Below, piece by piece: positions 20,626 through 29,417 of a DNA stretch of 64,000 bases. The stretch comes from an uncultured Verrucomicrobiae bacterium (GTDB lineage Bacteria > Verrucomicrobiota > Verrucomicrobiia > Chthoniobacterales > UBA10450): contig CAWDGJ010000002.1 in assembly GCA_963801815.1 (NCBI GenBank), positions 544,001-608,000 on the forward strand. Reading direction: 5' to 3'. Positions within the stretch are counted from its first letter, which is position 1. Each line of letters opens with the position of its first letter. The translations under genes and the position numbers were made by a program. The notes beneath the pieces were generated by a model. The model made no database searches. It saw only the letters and a program-made list of their open reading frames with translations, and was not told the origin of the DNA.

Positions 20626-21224
20626 ACTCGATACTTCTTGCGACCAAAGACCCCGACCGCTGCCATCATCATCAAGGCGCCGAGCATTGCGGAAAGCATA
20701 TCGTTCTGCGCATCCCATTCGTCCCCCTGCCCTCCGAGCCAATTCACGCCCTGACCAGGCGCAACGATTTCCGCGACGATTCCTTCCAGAATTTCGAACA
20801 AACCGCTCACGGCGAGGACAACTCCGGCTGCGATCCAAAAACTCCAGCCGCGCCGAATTCCACTGAATCGCACTAGCAGTTCGCGGATCGGGAATGCGAG
20901 AAAAAATCCAAAACCAAAATGAGCGACGCGATCAAAATGGTTGCGTGAGAATCCGAAAGTTTGTTTCGCCCAAAGGCCGAGCGGCATTTTCGCATAGGTA
21001 TAATGCGCTCCAATCATGTGGAGCACCAGAAACAGCGCGATGCAAATATAAGCCGCCTTGGAAAGCTCCAAGCGCCGATAGGTGAAAACCAGCGCAACAA
21101 CAAAGATTACAACTAAAATATTCTCAAGCAGCCATGCCTGCCGATCCACTGGCTGGATTGCGGTCAGAATCCAGATTCCGGCGCAAACGACGGCCAGGAA
21201 AGCGACGAGTCGGGTTTGATTCAC
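20622..21224 (-). CDS. DUF2238 (YjdF-like) membrane protein, tandem paralog
   Basis: WLLEN, IGAHYTYA, RNHFDRVAHF, QGDEWDAQNDM. Confidence 0.85.
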   Translation of the reverse strand: MNQTRLVAFLAVVCAGIWILTAIQPVDRQAWLLENILVVIFVVALVFTYRRLELSKAAYICIALFLVLHMIGAHYTYAKMPLGLWAKQTFGFSRNHFDRVAHFGFGFFLAFPIRELLVRFSGIRRGWSFWIAAGVVLAVSGLFEILEGIVAEIVAPGQGVNWLGGQGDEWDAQNDMLSAMLGALMMMAAVGVFGRKKYRV

Positions 21225-21413
21225 AGTAACTCCGTCTCCGATGTTGGCCGATAGGCCTCGGTAGCAACAGATCGAATTCCTGAAAACTTAAATCTCAGTC
21301 CTCTTTTCTACGTTGGATGCGGCCGCATCTCGTCCAACGAAGGAATTACGCGCCCTGACCAGAAGTCGACATGCCAGTCGCTAGTGCGGTCACGAACGCC
21401 ATGCCCATCGCGC

Positions 21414-21438
21414 TTGCGACATTCTGTTCAGATGTTGC
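21414..21438 (-). promoter_or_regulatory. 21-bp direct-repeat box facing the DUF2238 pair
   Basis: GCAA catctgaacagaatgtc GCAA; downstream AG not conserved. Confidence 0.55.
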
Positions 21439-21452
21439 GCACAGGCTGTTAA

Positions 21453-21477
21453 CCAAGAAATGCCAAGCATTTAGCAA
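21453..21477 (+). promoter_or_regulatory. 21-bp direct-repeat box upstream of a 22-aa ORF and PocR-AraC 2
   Basis: CCAA gaaatgccaagcattta GCAA, then CAATTT 6 nt before ATG 21520. Confidence 0.65.
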
Positions 21478-21681
21478 TTGGCGCGAGACAGCTGGTCAAA
21501 CGATTCGCAATTTTGAGCCATGAAAACTAAATTACATCGAAGGAAACTCCGCGCTCGTGATCAGGAGTTAGACATTCCGAAAGTTTGAAGTGACCGTAGG
21601 GTTAAGTCGGAGTGGAAGTCGCGCCATAACTCGGATTGACCCTGATCTGTCTTAGCCGGATACTACTTCGTTTCCTGTTCC

Positions 21682-22596
21682 ATGGTTAAGTCCCAGGCTG
21701 CCGGCGCGGATTCGAACAAGCAACTAATCGACATGTTGCGGCGCTCCCGACTGTTTCGTGATTACGAAACCGTGTTTACGAAGGCGACTGGCCTGCCTTT
21801 AACCCTTCAGCCGCTCGAGTACTGGCAGTTGGCTCATCACGGGAAAAAACATGAAAATCCGTTTTGTGCGCTGCTCTCCGAACGGCCCGCCACTCTTGCC
21901 GTCTGTTTGCAAGCGCACGAGCAGATGATTCAACATACTCACGTGCTGCCGCATAGCGTGACTTGCCCGTTCGGCTTAACCGAAACCGCGGTGCCGGTGA
22001 GGCTCGGCGACAAAGCGATCGGATATCTGCGAATTGGGCAAGTGATGCGTCACGTTTCGTCCCAGTCTGACGAATCTAAGGTGAGTCGCGAGCTGGCAAA
22101 GCACGGGGTCCAATTCAAGGGCGATATCCGCAAAGCGTGGGAACACAATCCGCTGTTCCCGCCGGAGAAATACAATGCGATCATCCGATTGCTCTCGTTC
22201 TTTGCCGAACAACTTTCCGCGCTGATCAATCAGATATTACTCGAAAAGCAAAATGCCGAGCCGCGGGTTGTCCAGAAGGCCCGGGAATACATAGCGAACA
22301 ATAAAAAGGAGGCACTCTCATTGGCGGCAGTGGCAAAGGCGTCCGGCGCGAGCATGTTCCATTTCTGCAAGGTATTTCATAAAACCACTGGGTTGAAATT
22401 CACTGATTATGTTGCCCGCCTTCGACTGGAGGACGCAAAAACCGAACTCTTAAATCCAAGCCGACGGATCAGTGAGGTCGCTTACGATGTCGGTTTTCAG
22501 TCGCTAACGCAATTCAATCGAATATTTAAACGCGTATTCGGCCAATCGCCAACAGTGTTTCGCGAGCACCTGAACCAGAAAGAGGCGCGCAAATAG
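21682..22596 (+). CDS. AraC-family regulator with PocR sensor domain (paralog 2)
   Basis: Collinear and highly similar to 16484-17425. Confidence 0.88.
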   Translation: MVKSQAAGADSNKQLIDMLRRSRLFRDYETVFTKATGLPLTLQPLEYWQLAHHGKKHENPFCALLSERPATLAVCLQAHEQMIQHTHVLPHSVTCPFGLTETAVPVRLGDKAIGYLRIGQVMRHVSSQSDESKVSRELAKHGVQFKGDIRKAWEHNPLFPPEKYNAIIRLLSFFAEQLSALINQILLEKQNAEPRVVQKAREYIANNKKEALSLAAVAKASGASMFHFCKVFHKTTGLKFTDYVARLRLEDAKTELLNPSRRISEVAYDVGFQSLTQFNRIFKRVFGQSPTVFREHLNQKEARK

Positions 22597-22770
22597 CACT
22601 TTTCGCCGGCTAAAAATTCATGGGGTTCTACCTGAAGCAGATCCGCCTGCTTCGACAACCTTAAATGCTTGGCTTCCCGGAGATCAAATGGGGACTGTTC
22701 CTGCCATTCATTTTTGAATGCCAGCTGTTTGCCACTTTAGATCCCACTCATGGAGGCATCACGGTTCGGG

Positions 22771-23172
22771 TTAGTCCCTTCTTTTCTGTGCTGCACGAGC
22801 CGCTTCGAGCATCTGATTGTGCTCTGCTTCTCTGATTCCTTCTTCGACAAGCTGCGCACTCTCACTCCGTCCTTCGCTGTCCTCGTCTTCGCCAAACGAC
22901 TCCGTCGTGTGATGGCCGATTGAGCCTCGTACGGGATCCCAGCGTTCCGATTCGGGCATCGACTCCAGAACTTGATCTAGAATATCAATGTCCGGTTCGC
23001 CTGTTAACTCACGTTGGGCCTGTTCATAGTCAACCTGGGACGGTTGCGGGGGAACATGGCCTGCGATAGCGGCTAATTCATGCGCGCGAGCTTTTACCAT
23101 CTCTGGAGTCACCGTGCCAACGCCGGTCGCATTCTCAGTTATAATACCTTTGTTAAGAGGATTCTTGTTCAT
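22771..23172 (-). CDS. Hypothetical protein, DUF2934-like (start may be 23223)
   Basis: VKARAHELA..G..DYEQAQREL helical-hairpin pattern; follows Hsp20. Confidence 0.55.
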   Translation of the reverse strand: MNKNPLNKGIITENATGVGTVTPEMVKARAHELAAIAGHVPPQPSQVDYEQAQRELTGEPDIDILDQVLESMPESERWDPVRGSIGHHTTESFGEDEDSEGRSESAQLVEEGIREAEHNQMLEAARAAQKRRD

Positions 23173-23219
23173 GATGTTAGGCGGCGTGCGACCGCGCACG
23201 CCGTCCCTTTGGTTCTCTC

Positions 23220-23690
23220 TCATTGCACTTTGACTTCAATCGGTTTCGGTTTCACTGCCGGAATTTTTGGTAGGTGCACTTTCAATACACCGTCGCGGAA
23301 GTCGGCCGCGATTTTGTTCGCGTCGGCGTCTTCCGGGACAACGAACGTGCGCTCGAAGAAGCCGTAGGAGCGCTCGATCCGGTGATATTTCTTTTTCTTC
23401 TCTTCTTTCTCGACTTTCCGCTCGCCCGAAAGTGAAAGAATACCGTTTTCGACTACAACTTTTACCTCTTCCTTCTTCATCTCGGGCAAGTCCGCCGTGA
23501 ACAGATACTCATGATCGTCTTCGGTGATATCCACCAAGGGTGACCAGTCAGGTAACTTCAGGCTCTCGCCGTTTTCCATCCGGCGAACGAATCCCACTCG
23601 ATTTGGGAATCCATTCGAGAAGAAGCTCCCAAGCCGATTTTGCAGCTCGTCCAGTTCACCGAAAGGATTCCATTTAATTAATGTGCTCAT
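23220..23690 (-). CDS. Hsp20/alpha-crystallin small heat-shock protein
   Basis: PLVDITE, LSLSGERK, RIERSYGFFERTF, DGVLKVHLPK. Confidence 0.95.
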   Translation of the reverse strand: MSTLIKWNPFGELDELQNRLGSFFSNGFPNRVGFVRRMENGESLKLPDWSPLVDITEDDHEYLFTADLPEMKKEEVKVVVENGILSLSGERKVEKEEKKKKYHRIERSYGFFERTFVVPEDADANKIAADFRDGVLKVHLPKIPAVKPKPIEVKVQ

Positions 23691-23750
23691 TGTTTTTTGC
23701 CTTTCTACTAAGACAATCTGGTCGGATCGCAGACGGACACTCATCGGGAT

Positions 23751-23775
23751 TTGCGAGAATCTGTTCGGATTTTGC
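23751..23775 (-). promoter_or_regulatory. 21-bp direct-repeat box (Hsp20)
   Basis: GCAA aatccgaacagattctc GCAA-N9-AG, then CAGATT. Confidence 0.8.
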
Positions 23776-23803
23776 GCAAAGATCCCGGCCGATCACAAAT
23801 CAG

Positions 23804-23878
23804 TGCCTCCCGTCCGACGAAGCAAAATTCGTCAGGGGAAGTGAATTAGTCGTCGATGGCGGTTACACCGCGCACTGA
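23804..23878 (+). pseudogene. 3' remnant of an SDR-family dehydrogenase
   Basis: SDEAKFVRGSELVVDGGYTAH*, a classic SDR C-terminus with no upstream body. Confidence 0.7.
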
Positions 23879-23943
23879 CACGATCCGGTCGGTCGTTGTC
23901 CTATTCGGAAAACCCCACGGCCTATTCTGGCCAGCCGAACAGG

Positions 23944-23968
23944 ACAAGAACTGCGCAGTGGTTCGCAA
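23944..23968 (+). promoter_or_regulatory. 21-bp direct-repeat box (CBS operon)
   Basis: ACAA gaactgcgcagtggttc GCAA-N9-AG. Confidence 0.8.
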
Positions 23969-24017
23969 GATTCGCGAAGCGCAACAACCTCCCCGCGTGT
24001 CTTCTGAAAACAGAAAG

Positions 24018-24491
24018 ATGAACTTTATGAAAGTAAAAGATGTAATGACCAAAGACGTCAGGATTTGCGGAATCAATGACACTCTCGCGAACGCGGCGCG
24101 AACGATGTGGGTAAACGACTGCGGCATCCTGCCAATTGTTAACAACGACGGGGTCGCGGTCGGGGTTGTAACCGATCGCGACATTTGTATGGCCGCCGCC
24201 AGCAAAGACCGGAGGCCATCGAGCATCTCGGTCGCTGAAGTGATGATGCGCCAGCTCTATTCCTGCCCGCCCGAAGCCGATATTCGCGAAGCGTTGCAGA
24301 TCATGCGCGAGAAGCGGGTGAGGCGGTTGCCGGTCCTCGACGACAAAAAGGTGCTCTGCGGAATTCTTTCCCTGGACGATGTTGCGGTAAAGACGCGCGC
24401 CGCTGACAAACCGGCGGAGCTTTCGGCCGAGGATGTCGAGATAACGCTCGACGCGATTTGCCGGCGCACTGCGCAAAAGGAGGCGGCCTAG
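24018..24491 (+). CDS. CBS-domain protein (Hrp1/Rv2626c-like)
   Basis: VKDVMT, GVVTDRDI, VRRLPV..GILSLDDV. Confidence 0.9.
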   Translation: MNFMKVKDVMTKDVRICGINDTLANAARTMWVNDCGILPIVNNDGVAVGVVTDRDICMAAASKDRRPSSISVAEVMMRQLYSCPPEADIREALQIMREKRVRRLPVLDDKKVLCGILSLDDVAVKTRAADKPAELSAEDVEITLDAICRRTAQKEAA

Positions 24492-24500
24492 GCCGGAGCG

Positions 24501-25208
24501 ATGAAACTGCACGAACAACACGATGAGTTGTCGCGAGACATCGTCGAGTCGCACATGGAATCTGTGCCGCTTCAGATCCCCGCCGGCAACGCAATGCTTT
24601 CCGGCGATTTGGAGATTCCTGAAAATGCGGCTGGCCTGGTGTTGTTCGCGCATGGTAGCGGTAGCAGCCGTTTCAGCCGGCGCAACCGCGCTGTCGCTGG
24701 AATTCTTCGCAATTCCGGAATCGCCACGCTCCTATTCGATCTTCTAACGCCGGAAGAAGAAGCCGAAGATGCATACACTGGCCATCTCCGGTTTAACATT
24801 GGTCTGCTTAGCCGACGGCTCGCCATCGTCACACAAGAGATGGCCGATGATCCGCGCTGCCGAAATTTTCAGATCGGATATTTCGGTGCGAGCACTGGAG
24901 GCGCGGCGGCATTGCGCGCCGCTGCTGCTCTGGGAGCAACAATCCATGCGGTAGTGTCGCGTGGAGGAAGACCCGATCTCGCCGGCGATGCTTTGTCTTA
25001 TGTGAAAGCGCCGACGTTGCTTATCGTTGGCGAGCGTGACGAGCAAGTTCTGCGTCTGAACGAGCAAGCACTCGAGCAGCTGACTTGCCAGAAGTCTTTG
25101 GCGGTCGTGCCGCATGCTACCCATTTGTTCGAGGAAACCGGCGCGCTCGAGGAAGTGGCGCGCCTCGCAGCCGACTGGTTCGCAAAACATCTGAAATCAA
25201 AACAATGA
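24501..25208 (+). CDS. Dienelactone-hydrolase-like alpha/beta hydrolase
   Basis: FAHGSGSSRFS, GYFGASTG, SRGGRPDL, ATHLFEE. Confidence 0.85.
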   Translation: MKLHEQHDELSRDIVESHMESVPLQIPAGNAMLSGDLEIPENAAGLVLFAHGSGSSRFSRRNRAVAGILRNSGIATLLFDLLTPEEEAEDAYTGHLRFNIGLLSRRLAIVTQEMADDPRCRNFQIGYFGASTGGAAALRAAAALGATIHAVVSRGGRPDLAGDALSYVKAPTLLIVGERDEQVLRLNEQALEQLTCQKSLAVVPHATHLFEETGALEEVARLAADWFAKHLKSKQ

Positions 25209-25870
25209 AAACACAGTTCTTGAACCGCAGCGAAGCGGGAAAATTCTTGGCCCAAAATCTCGGAGCCTACGTTAATCAAGACGGCGTCATCGTGCTGGCG
25301 TTGCCGCGCGGCGGCGTGCCGGTCGCCGCGGAAGTGGCGAAGAAATTGAACGCCCCGCTTGATGTGTTCGTGGTCCGCAAGTTGGGCGTGCCGGGTCATC
25401 CGGAGCTCGCGATGGGAGCGATCGCTACCGGTGGAGTGCGGGTAACGAATCGTGAGGTCGTCGAGGCACTGCGAATACCGGAGATCGTTAGTGATGCCGT
25501 GGCCGCGCAGGAACAGGAAGAGCTCGCCCGTCGCGAGCGCGCGTATCGGGACGAGCTTCCACCACCGCAGGTGCAAGGAAAAACTGTCATTCTGGTCGAT
25601 GACGGAATTGCCACGGGTTCAACGATGCTGGCAGCAGTCGCTGCCCTTCAGCAATCGAATGCTGCGCGAATTGTCGTAGCCGCTCCTGTAATCGCAGGAT
25701 CGACATATTACGAGATGCGACGGGCAGCTGACGATGTCGCTGCGGTATTAGTTCCCGACCACTTTCGCGGCGTTGGCGAGTGGTACGAAGATTTTTCGCA
25801 AACGACCGACGACGAAGTTCGTGCGCTTCTTGCCGAAGTGAGCCGGCGGCAGCACGCGGCCGCGGTCTGA
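25205..25870 (+). CDS. Phosphoribosyltransferase
   Basis: LALPRGGVPVA, VILVDDGIATGST. Confidence 0.9.
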   Translation: MKTQFLNRSEAGKFLAQNLGAYVNQDGVIVLALPRGGVPVAAEVAKKLNAPLDVFVVRKLGVPGHPELAMGAIATGGVRVTNREVVEALRIPEIVSDAVAAQEQEELARRERAYRDELPPPQVQGKTVILVDDGIATGSTMLAAVAALQQSNAARIVVAAPVIAGSTYYEMRRAADDVAAVLVPDHFRGVGEWYEDFSQTTDDEVRALLAEVSRRQHAAAV

Positions 25871-25947
25871 GGCAGTCGGCATGCGTATGTGTCCGCCTTA
25901 CGAATGAAGAAGCGGGGCAAGAATGTAAGACGCAGCACGCGTGTACT

Positions 25948-26973
25948 ATGAGCTACAAATTGATCCTCGATCAGTCGTTAGGCCGTAATCTGCGCCGCAT
26001 TTTCCGAAAACAAATTGACGGCGCGCTTGCGGTTGCGAATGGCAAAACGGACCCGAACGACACGGCGGTCCACGCGATGAGAAAGCGTCTCAAGAAAGCG
26101 CGCGCCGTGCTTCAGCTCGCACGAAATGAAATTGGTCGCGACTCCTTTTGTCGCCAGGACCAACGGTTGCGCGACGTAGGCCGACTAATGACGGAGATTC
26201 GTGACGCCGAAGTGCGCTGGCAAACCGTCCAGCAAATTGAAAATGCCATTCATCATCACGATTGCGCTTTTCGCAGATTCGACATGATACTGCGCTTCGA
26301 ACTGGAGGATTTTACTGTCGCGTTTCAAGGCTGGAAAGAGCAAGCAAGGCCGTTACTCGAAAAAGCACGCGACGCGGCGAAGAAATGGCATGTCCGCGAG
26401 TACAAGCGCAAGCATTTGCGGGGGGCATTACGGCGCAGTTACAAGCGCGGACGTAAGGCTCTCGCCGCAGTGAAGGTCAAGCCATCGACCACTAACTTCC
26501 ACGAGTTACGCAAACAGGTAAAGCTGCTCGGCTATCAACTGCGCATCATTCAGCCATTGAATCGCGTTGTGGTCGGGACGGTGAGCAATGAGTTAACTGA
26601 GCTCGGACATCTGTTGGGCCGCATCCACGATCTCAGTTTCTTGGCCGACCGGTTGCGCCGGGAACGCGGCGAGCGGGAGTGGCGGAAGAGGTACAGGGAT
26701 TTGTTGGCGGTCATCCAAAGCAGTCAGGTGGAACTAGAGCACGATGGGATGGAAATCGCGGAACGGTTTTTTGCAGAACGCCCACGCAATTTCGCTCTGC
26801 TTGTCGAGAAATGGTTTGACGACGAGGAGCATGCGGACTCGGCCTCGATTGCACAGCTGCTGATAGCGGCGCATACGAACGGCGCCTCGACTGGCAAGAA
26901 TTGCGCGGTTGTTCGCAAAATCCGCCAAGCGGATTTCGGTCCGCTGGTGTTTGCTGCTTCGCAACCAAAATAA
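25948..26973 (+). CDS. CHAD-domain (polyphosphate-binding) protein
   Basis: VHAMRKRLKKARA, RDAEV, FHELRKQVK, LGRIHDL. Confidence 0.85.
   Translation: MSYKLILDQSLGRNLRRIFRKQIDGALAVANGKTDPNDTAVHAMRKRLKKARAVLQLARNEIGRDSFCRQDQRLRDVGRLMTEIRDAEVRWQTVQQIENAIHHHDCAFRRFDMILRFELEDFTVAFQGWKEQARPLLEKARDAAKKWHVREYKRKHLRGALRRSYKRGRKALAAVKVKPSTTNFHELRKQVKLLGYQLRIIQPLNRVVVGTVSNELTELGHLLGRIHDLSFLADRLRRERGEREWRKRYRDLLAVIQSSQVELEHDGMEIAERFFAERPRNFALLVEKWFDDEEHADSASIAQLLIAAHTNGASTGKNCAVVRKIRQADFGPLVFAASQPK
26894..26918 (+). promoter_or_regulatory. 21-bp direct-repeat box (USP/DUF2267 unit), inside the CHAD 3' end
   Basis: GCAA gaattgcgcggttgttc GCAA-N9-AG. Confidence 0.8.
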
Positions 26974-26977
26974 GTTT

Positions 26978-27463
26978 ATGAAAATACAAGATCTAACGAT
27001 ACAGGACTCAGAGCAGGTGTTGCACGTAAAGAAAATTTTGGTGCCGATCGATTTTTCCGAGCCGTGCAACAAGGCATTTAAATACGCCCTTGGTTTTGCC
27101 CGGCAATTCGGATCGGAGGTTGTTTTGATTCATGTCATCGAACCGGCGGCAGAGCCGTTCGCAGTTGAAGGCAATGGGAACACGCAAAACGAGTTAGTCG
27201 TCGCGGAGGAAAAAATGCAGGGGCTTGCCGACGCTTCGCCTCGGCAGGGAAATCTCTACATCACCTCGGCCATTCGCACCGGCGTCGCGACCCACGAGAT
27301 CGTGGAAGCCGCTAAGGAGCTCGATGTCGATCTCATTATCATGGCAACCCATGGTGTGAGCGGCTGGAGACGTTTTGGCATGGGGAGCACTGCCAATCGG
27401 GTGGCGCTGGTGGCGCCTTGTCCTGTTCTAACCGTCCGAGAAAAGGAACACGAGTTTGTTTAG
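26978..27463 (+). CDS. Universal stress protein (single domain)
   Basis: ILVPIDFS..DLIIMATHG..GSTANRV..CPVLTVREKEHEFV. Confidence 0.92.
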   Translation: MKIQDLTIQDSEQVLHVKKILVPIDFSEPCNKAFKYALGFARQFGSEVVLIHVIEPAAEPFAVEGNGNTQNELVVAEEKMQGLADASPRQGNLYITSAIRTGVATHEIVEAAKELDVDLIIMATHGVSGWRRFGMGSTANRVALVAPCPVLTVREKEHEFV

Positions 27464-27491
27464 AAAACGCAACAATGGGAATCCTGAATCC

Positions 27492-27941
27492 ATGAAAACA
27501 CATCAACCCGAAGTTTTTGAAACCACGCTGCAGAAAACAAATCTGTGGCTGAGAGAGCTCTGCGATGCATTGCATTGGGACGATCATCAGAAGGCGTATC
27601 ACGGACTGCGCGCAGTGTTGCATGTCCTACGCGATCGCCTGCCAGTTCCAGAAGCAGCGCATCTGGGCGCGCAACTACCGATGCTCGTGCGCGGATTCTA
27701 TTACGAGGATTGGAAGCCCGGCGCGACGCCGACGAAAATCAAAACGCAACAGCAATTTTACGATGCGGTCCGGGAGAAGTTCACGGCCGACCGCAACGAA
27801 AACCCAAAGCGAGTAACGGAAGCTGTGTTGATGCTCCTTTGCGCCAACACTTCACCCGGCGAGTTTGAGAAAGTCTTCGAGATTTTCCCGCCCGAACTGC
27901 GCGAAATTTGGCCGGAATTCAAAGCCGCGATGAGCGTATGA
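27492..27941 (+). CDS. DUF2267-family protein
   Basis: TLQKTNLWL..LRAVLHVLRDRL..EAAHLGAQLPMLVRGFYYEDW. Confidence 0.8.
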   Translation: MKTHQPEVFETTLQKTNLWLRELCDALHWDDHQKAYHGLRAVLHVLRDRLPVPEAAHLGAQLPMLVRGFYYEDWKPGATPTKIKTQQQFYDAVREKFTADRNENPKRVTEAVLMLLCANTSPGEFEKVFEIFPPELREIWPEFKAAMSV

Positions 27942-28351
27942 CAACAACCGCGCTCATAATTGTGGTGGATCGCGGCCGGCTGAAAGCCTATCGCGTGCGA
28001 GAAACGCCGACGCGTGGGGCGGCACTGGAGTTGGTCCAGGCGTTCGGCATTCCGAACATGAACGATTTATCTCGCACCCACCGTACCACCGCCGCCACCG
28101 ATTGGCCACAGCTCGAAATCGAGGAAACCAGGCGTCTCTGCAAACAACTCGCACACGAAATCACGAGACTTGTGCAACGCGACTTCGGCGAGGGATGGTC
28201 CCTGGCCGCTCCGGAATCCATTTATAACGAAATCATCGACTTTCTACCGATCGAAATTAAACAGCGAATCGTCGAGCACGTCCCAGCTGATCTGGTGAAG
28301 ATCCCAGTGGCGAAACTGCGATCGCATTTTAGATCGCTGCAACCGATCTGA
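27938..28351 (+). CDS. Host-attachment/baeRF12-like protein
   Basis: LIIVVDRG..KQLAHEI..WSLAAP..ADLVK pattern. Confidence 0.65.
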   Translation: MTTTALIIVVDRGRLKAYRVRETPTRGAALELVQAFGIPNMNDLSRTHRTTAATDWPQLEIEETRRLCKQLAHEITRLVQRDFGEGWSLAAPESIYNEIIDFLPIEIKQRIVEHVPADLVKIPVAKLRSHFRSLQPI

Positions 28352-28361
28352 TTTTCGCACG

Positions 28362-28386
28362 CCAAAAAATGCCGCGTCTTTAGCAA
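28362..28386 (+). promoter_or_regulatory. 21-bp direct-repeat box (USP/esterase operon)
   Basis: CCAA aaaatgccgcgtcttta GCAA-N9-AG, then TACCGT 5 nt before ATG. Confidence 0.75.
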
Positions 28387-28427
28387 AAGGCGCGAAGATC
28401 AGGCTTTCATTCCGGGTACCGTATTGC

Positions 28428-29411
28428 ATGAACACAACATTGGAATCGACCGCGGCGACAACCACGGCTGAAAAACCTCCACTCGTTTCCAAACGCACCG
28501 GCCTCGATCAAAATCGGGCTGGGCGAATCAAAATTGAATCCATTCTGGTGCCGCTCGACTTCTCGCGTCCCGCGATGCAGGCGTTCGATTACGCAGTGAC
28601 TCTCGCAAAGAGGTTCGACGCCCAAGTCGAGCTGCTTCACGTTCAATCACCGGATGAAGCGTGCGCGGTTCCCGGGGCGGGCCATTTGATTCGTGAATGC
28701 GCCGAGAGGGCGACGCTTATTCACAAACGACTCGGTCAACTGGATGGCGCGCAGAAGCCGGAGTTTTGGCCGGAACATTGCCGCATCCGTGCTGGGCATC
28801 CCTACGAGGAAATCTGCAAGGTCGCGCGCGAATTGAATGTCGATCTGATTGTGCTCGGGTCGCGAGGAAATACTGGATTGAAGCGTGTTCTCCTCGGAAG
28901 CACGGCCGAACGGGTCGTGCGGTTTGCGCCGTGCCCGGTGTTGGTGGTGCGCAAATGGAAACGAACGAACCCGATTCGAAGAATCCTTGTGCCGACCGAT
29001 TTCTCCCAATGCGCCCTTGCAGGCGCATTGTACGCGGCGCGGTTGGCCAAGACGTTAAGTGCGACTATGCACCTCTTTAATGTCGTATTTCCAATTTCGC
29101 CGGTCCTAATCGAGCGTGTGGCGGTCAATTTGCCGATCGACAACACCCTGGCGATGCGCGACGCGCGATCGGATATGCAAGCGCTAAGCAAGATTGATTT
29201 GTTCAAAGGTGTAAAATGTCGAGGTGTAGTTCGATCCGGTTATGTCACCGATACGATCCGCAACGAGACCGCAAATGTGGATCTCGTTGTAATGTCGACG
29301 CATGGCCGAACCGGTTGGAGACACGCCGTCATTGGCAGTGTCGCGGAGCAGATTGTTCGCTACGCCAAATGCCCCGTGCTGGTGGTGCCAAGCCATTGCG
29401 CGATGTCATAA
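28428..29411 (+). CDS. Universal stress protein (two domains)
   Basis: Two USP units. Confidence 0.92.
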   Translation: MNTTLESTAATTTAEKPPLVSKRTGLDQNRAGRIKIESILVPLDFSRPAMQAFDYAVTLAKRFDAQVELLHVQSPDEACAVPGAGHLIRECAERATLIHKRLGQLDGAQKPEFWPEHCRIRAGHPYEEICKVARELNVDLIVLGSRGNTGLKRVLLGSTAERVVRFAPCPVLVVRKWKRTNPIRRILVPTDFSQCALAGALYAARLAKTLSATMHLFNVVFPISPVLIERVAVNLPIDNTLAMRDARSDMQALSKIDLFKGVKCRGVVRSGYVTDTIRNETANVDLVVMSTHGRTGWRHAVIGSVAEQIVRYAKCPVLVVPSHCAMS

Positions 29412-29417
29412 TACTAT

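Noticed and set aside
22633..22653. Hairpin GAAGCAG..CTGCTTC between convergent genes
   Set aside because: Short stem and no U-tract
23856..26973. Shared peptide KNCAVVRKIR in ORFs 23856 and 25780
   Set aside because: It is only the translation of the DNA box; the CBS gene most likely starts at 24018/24027
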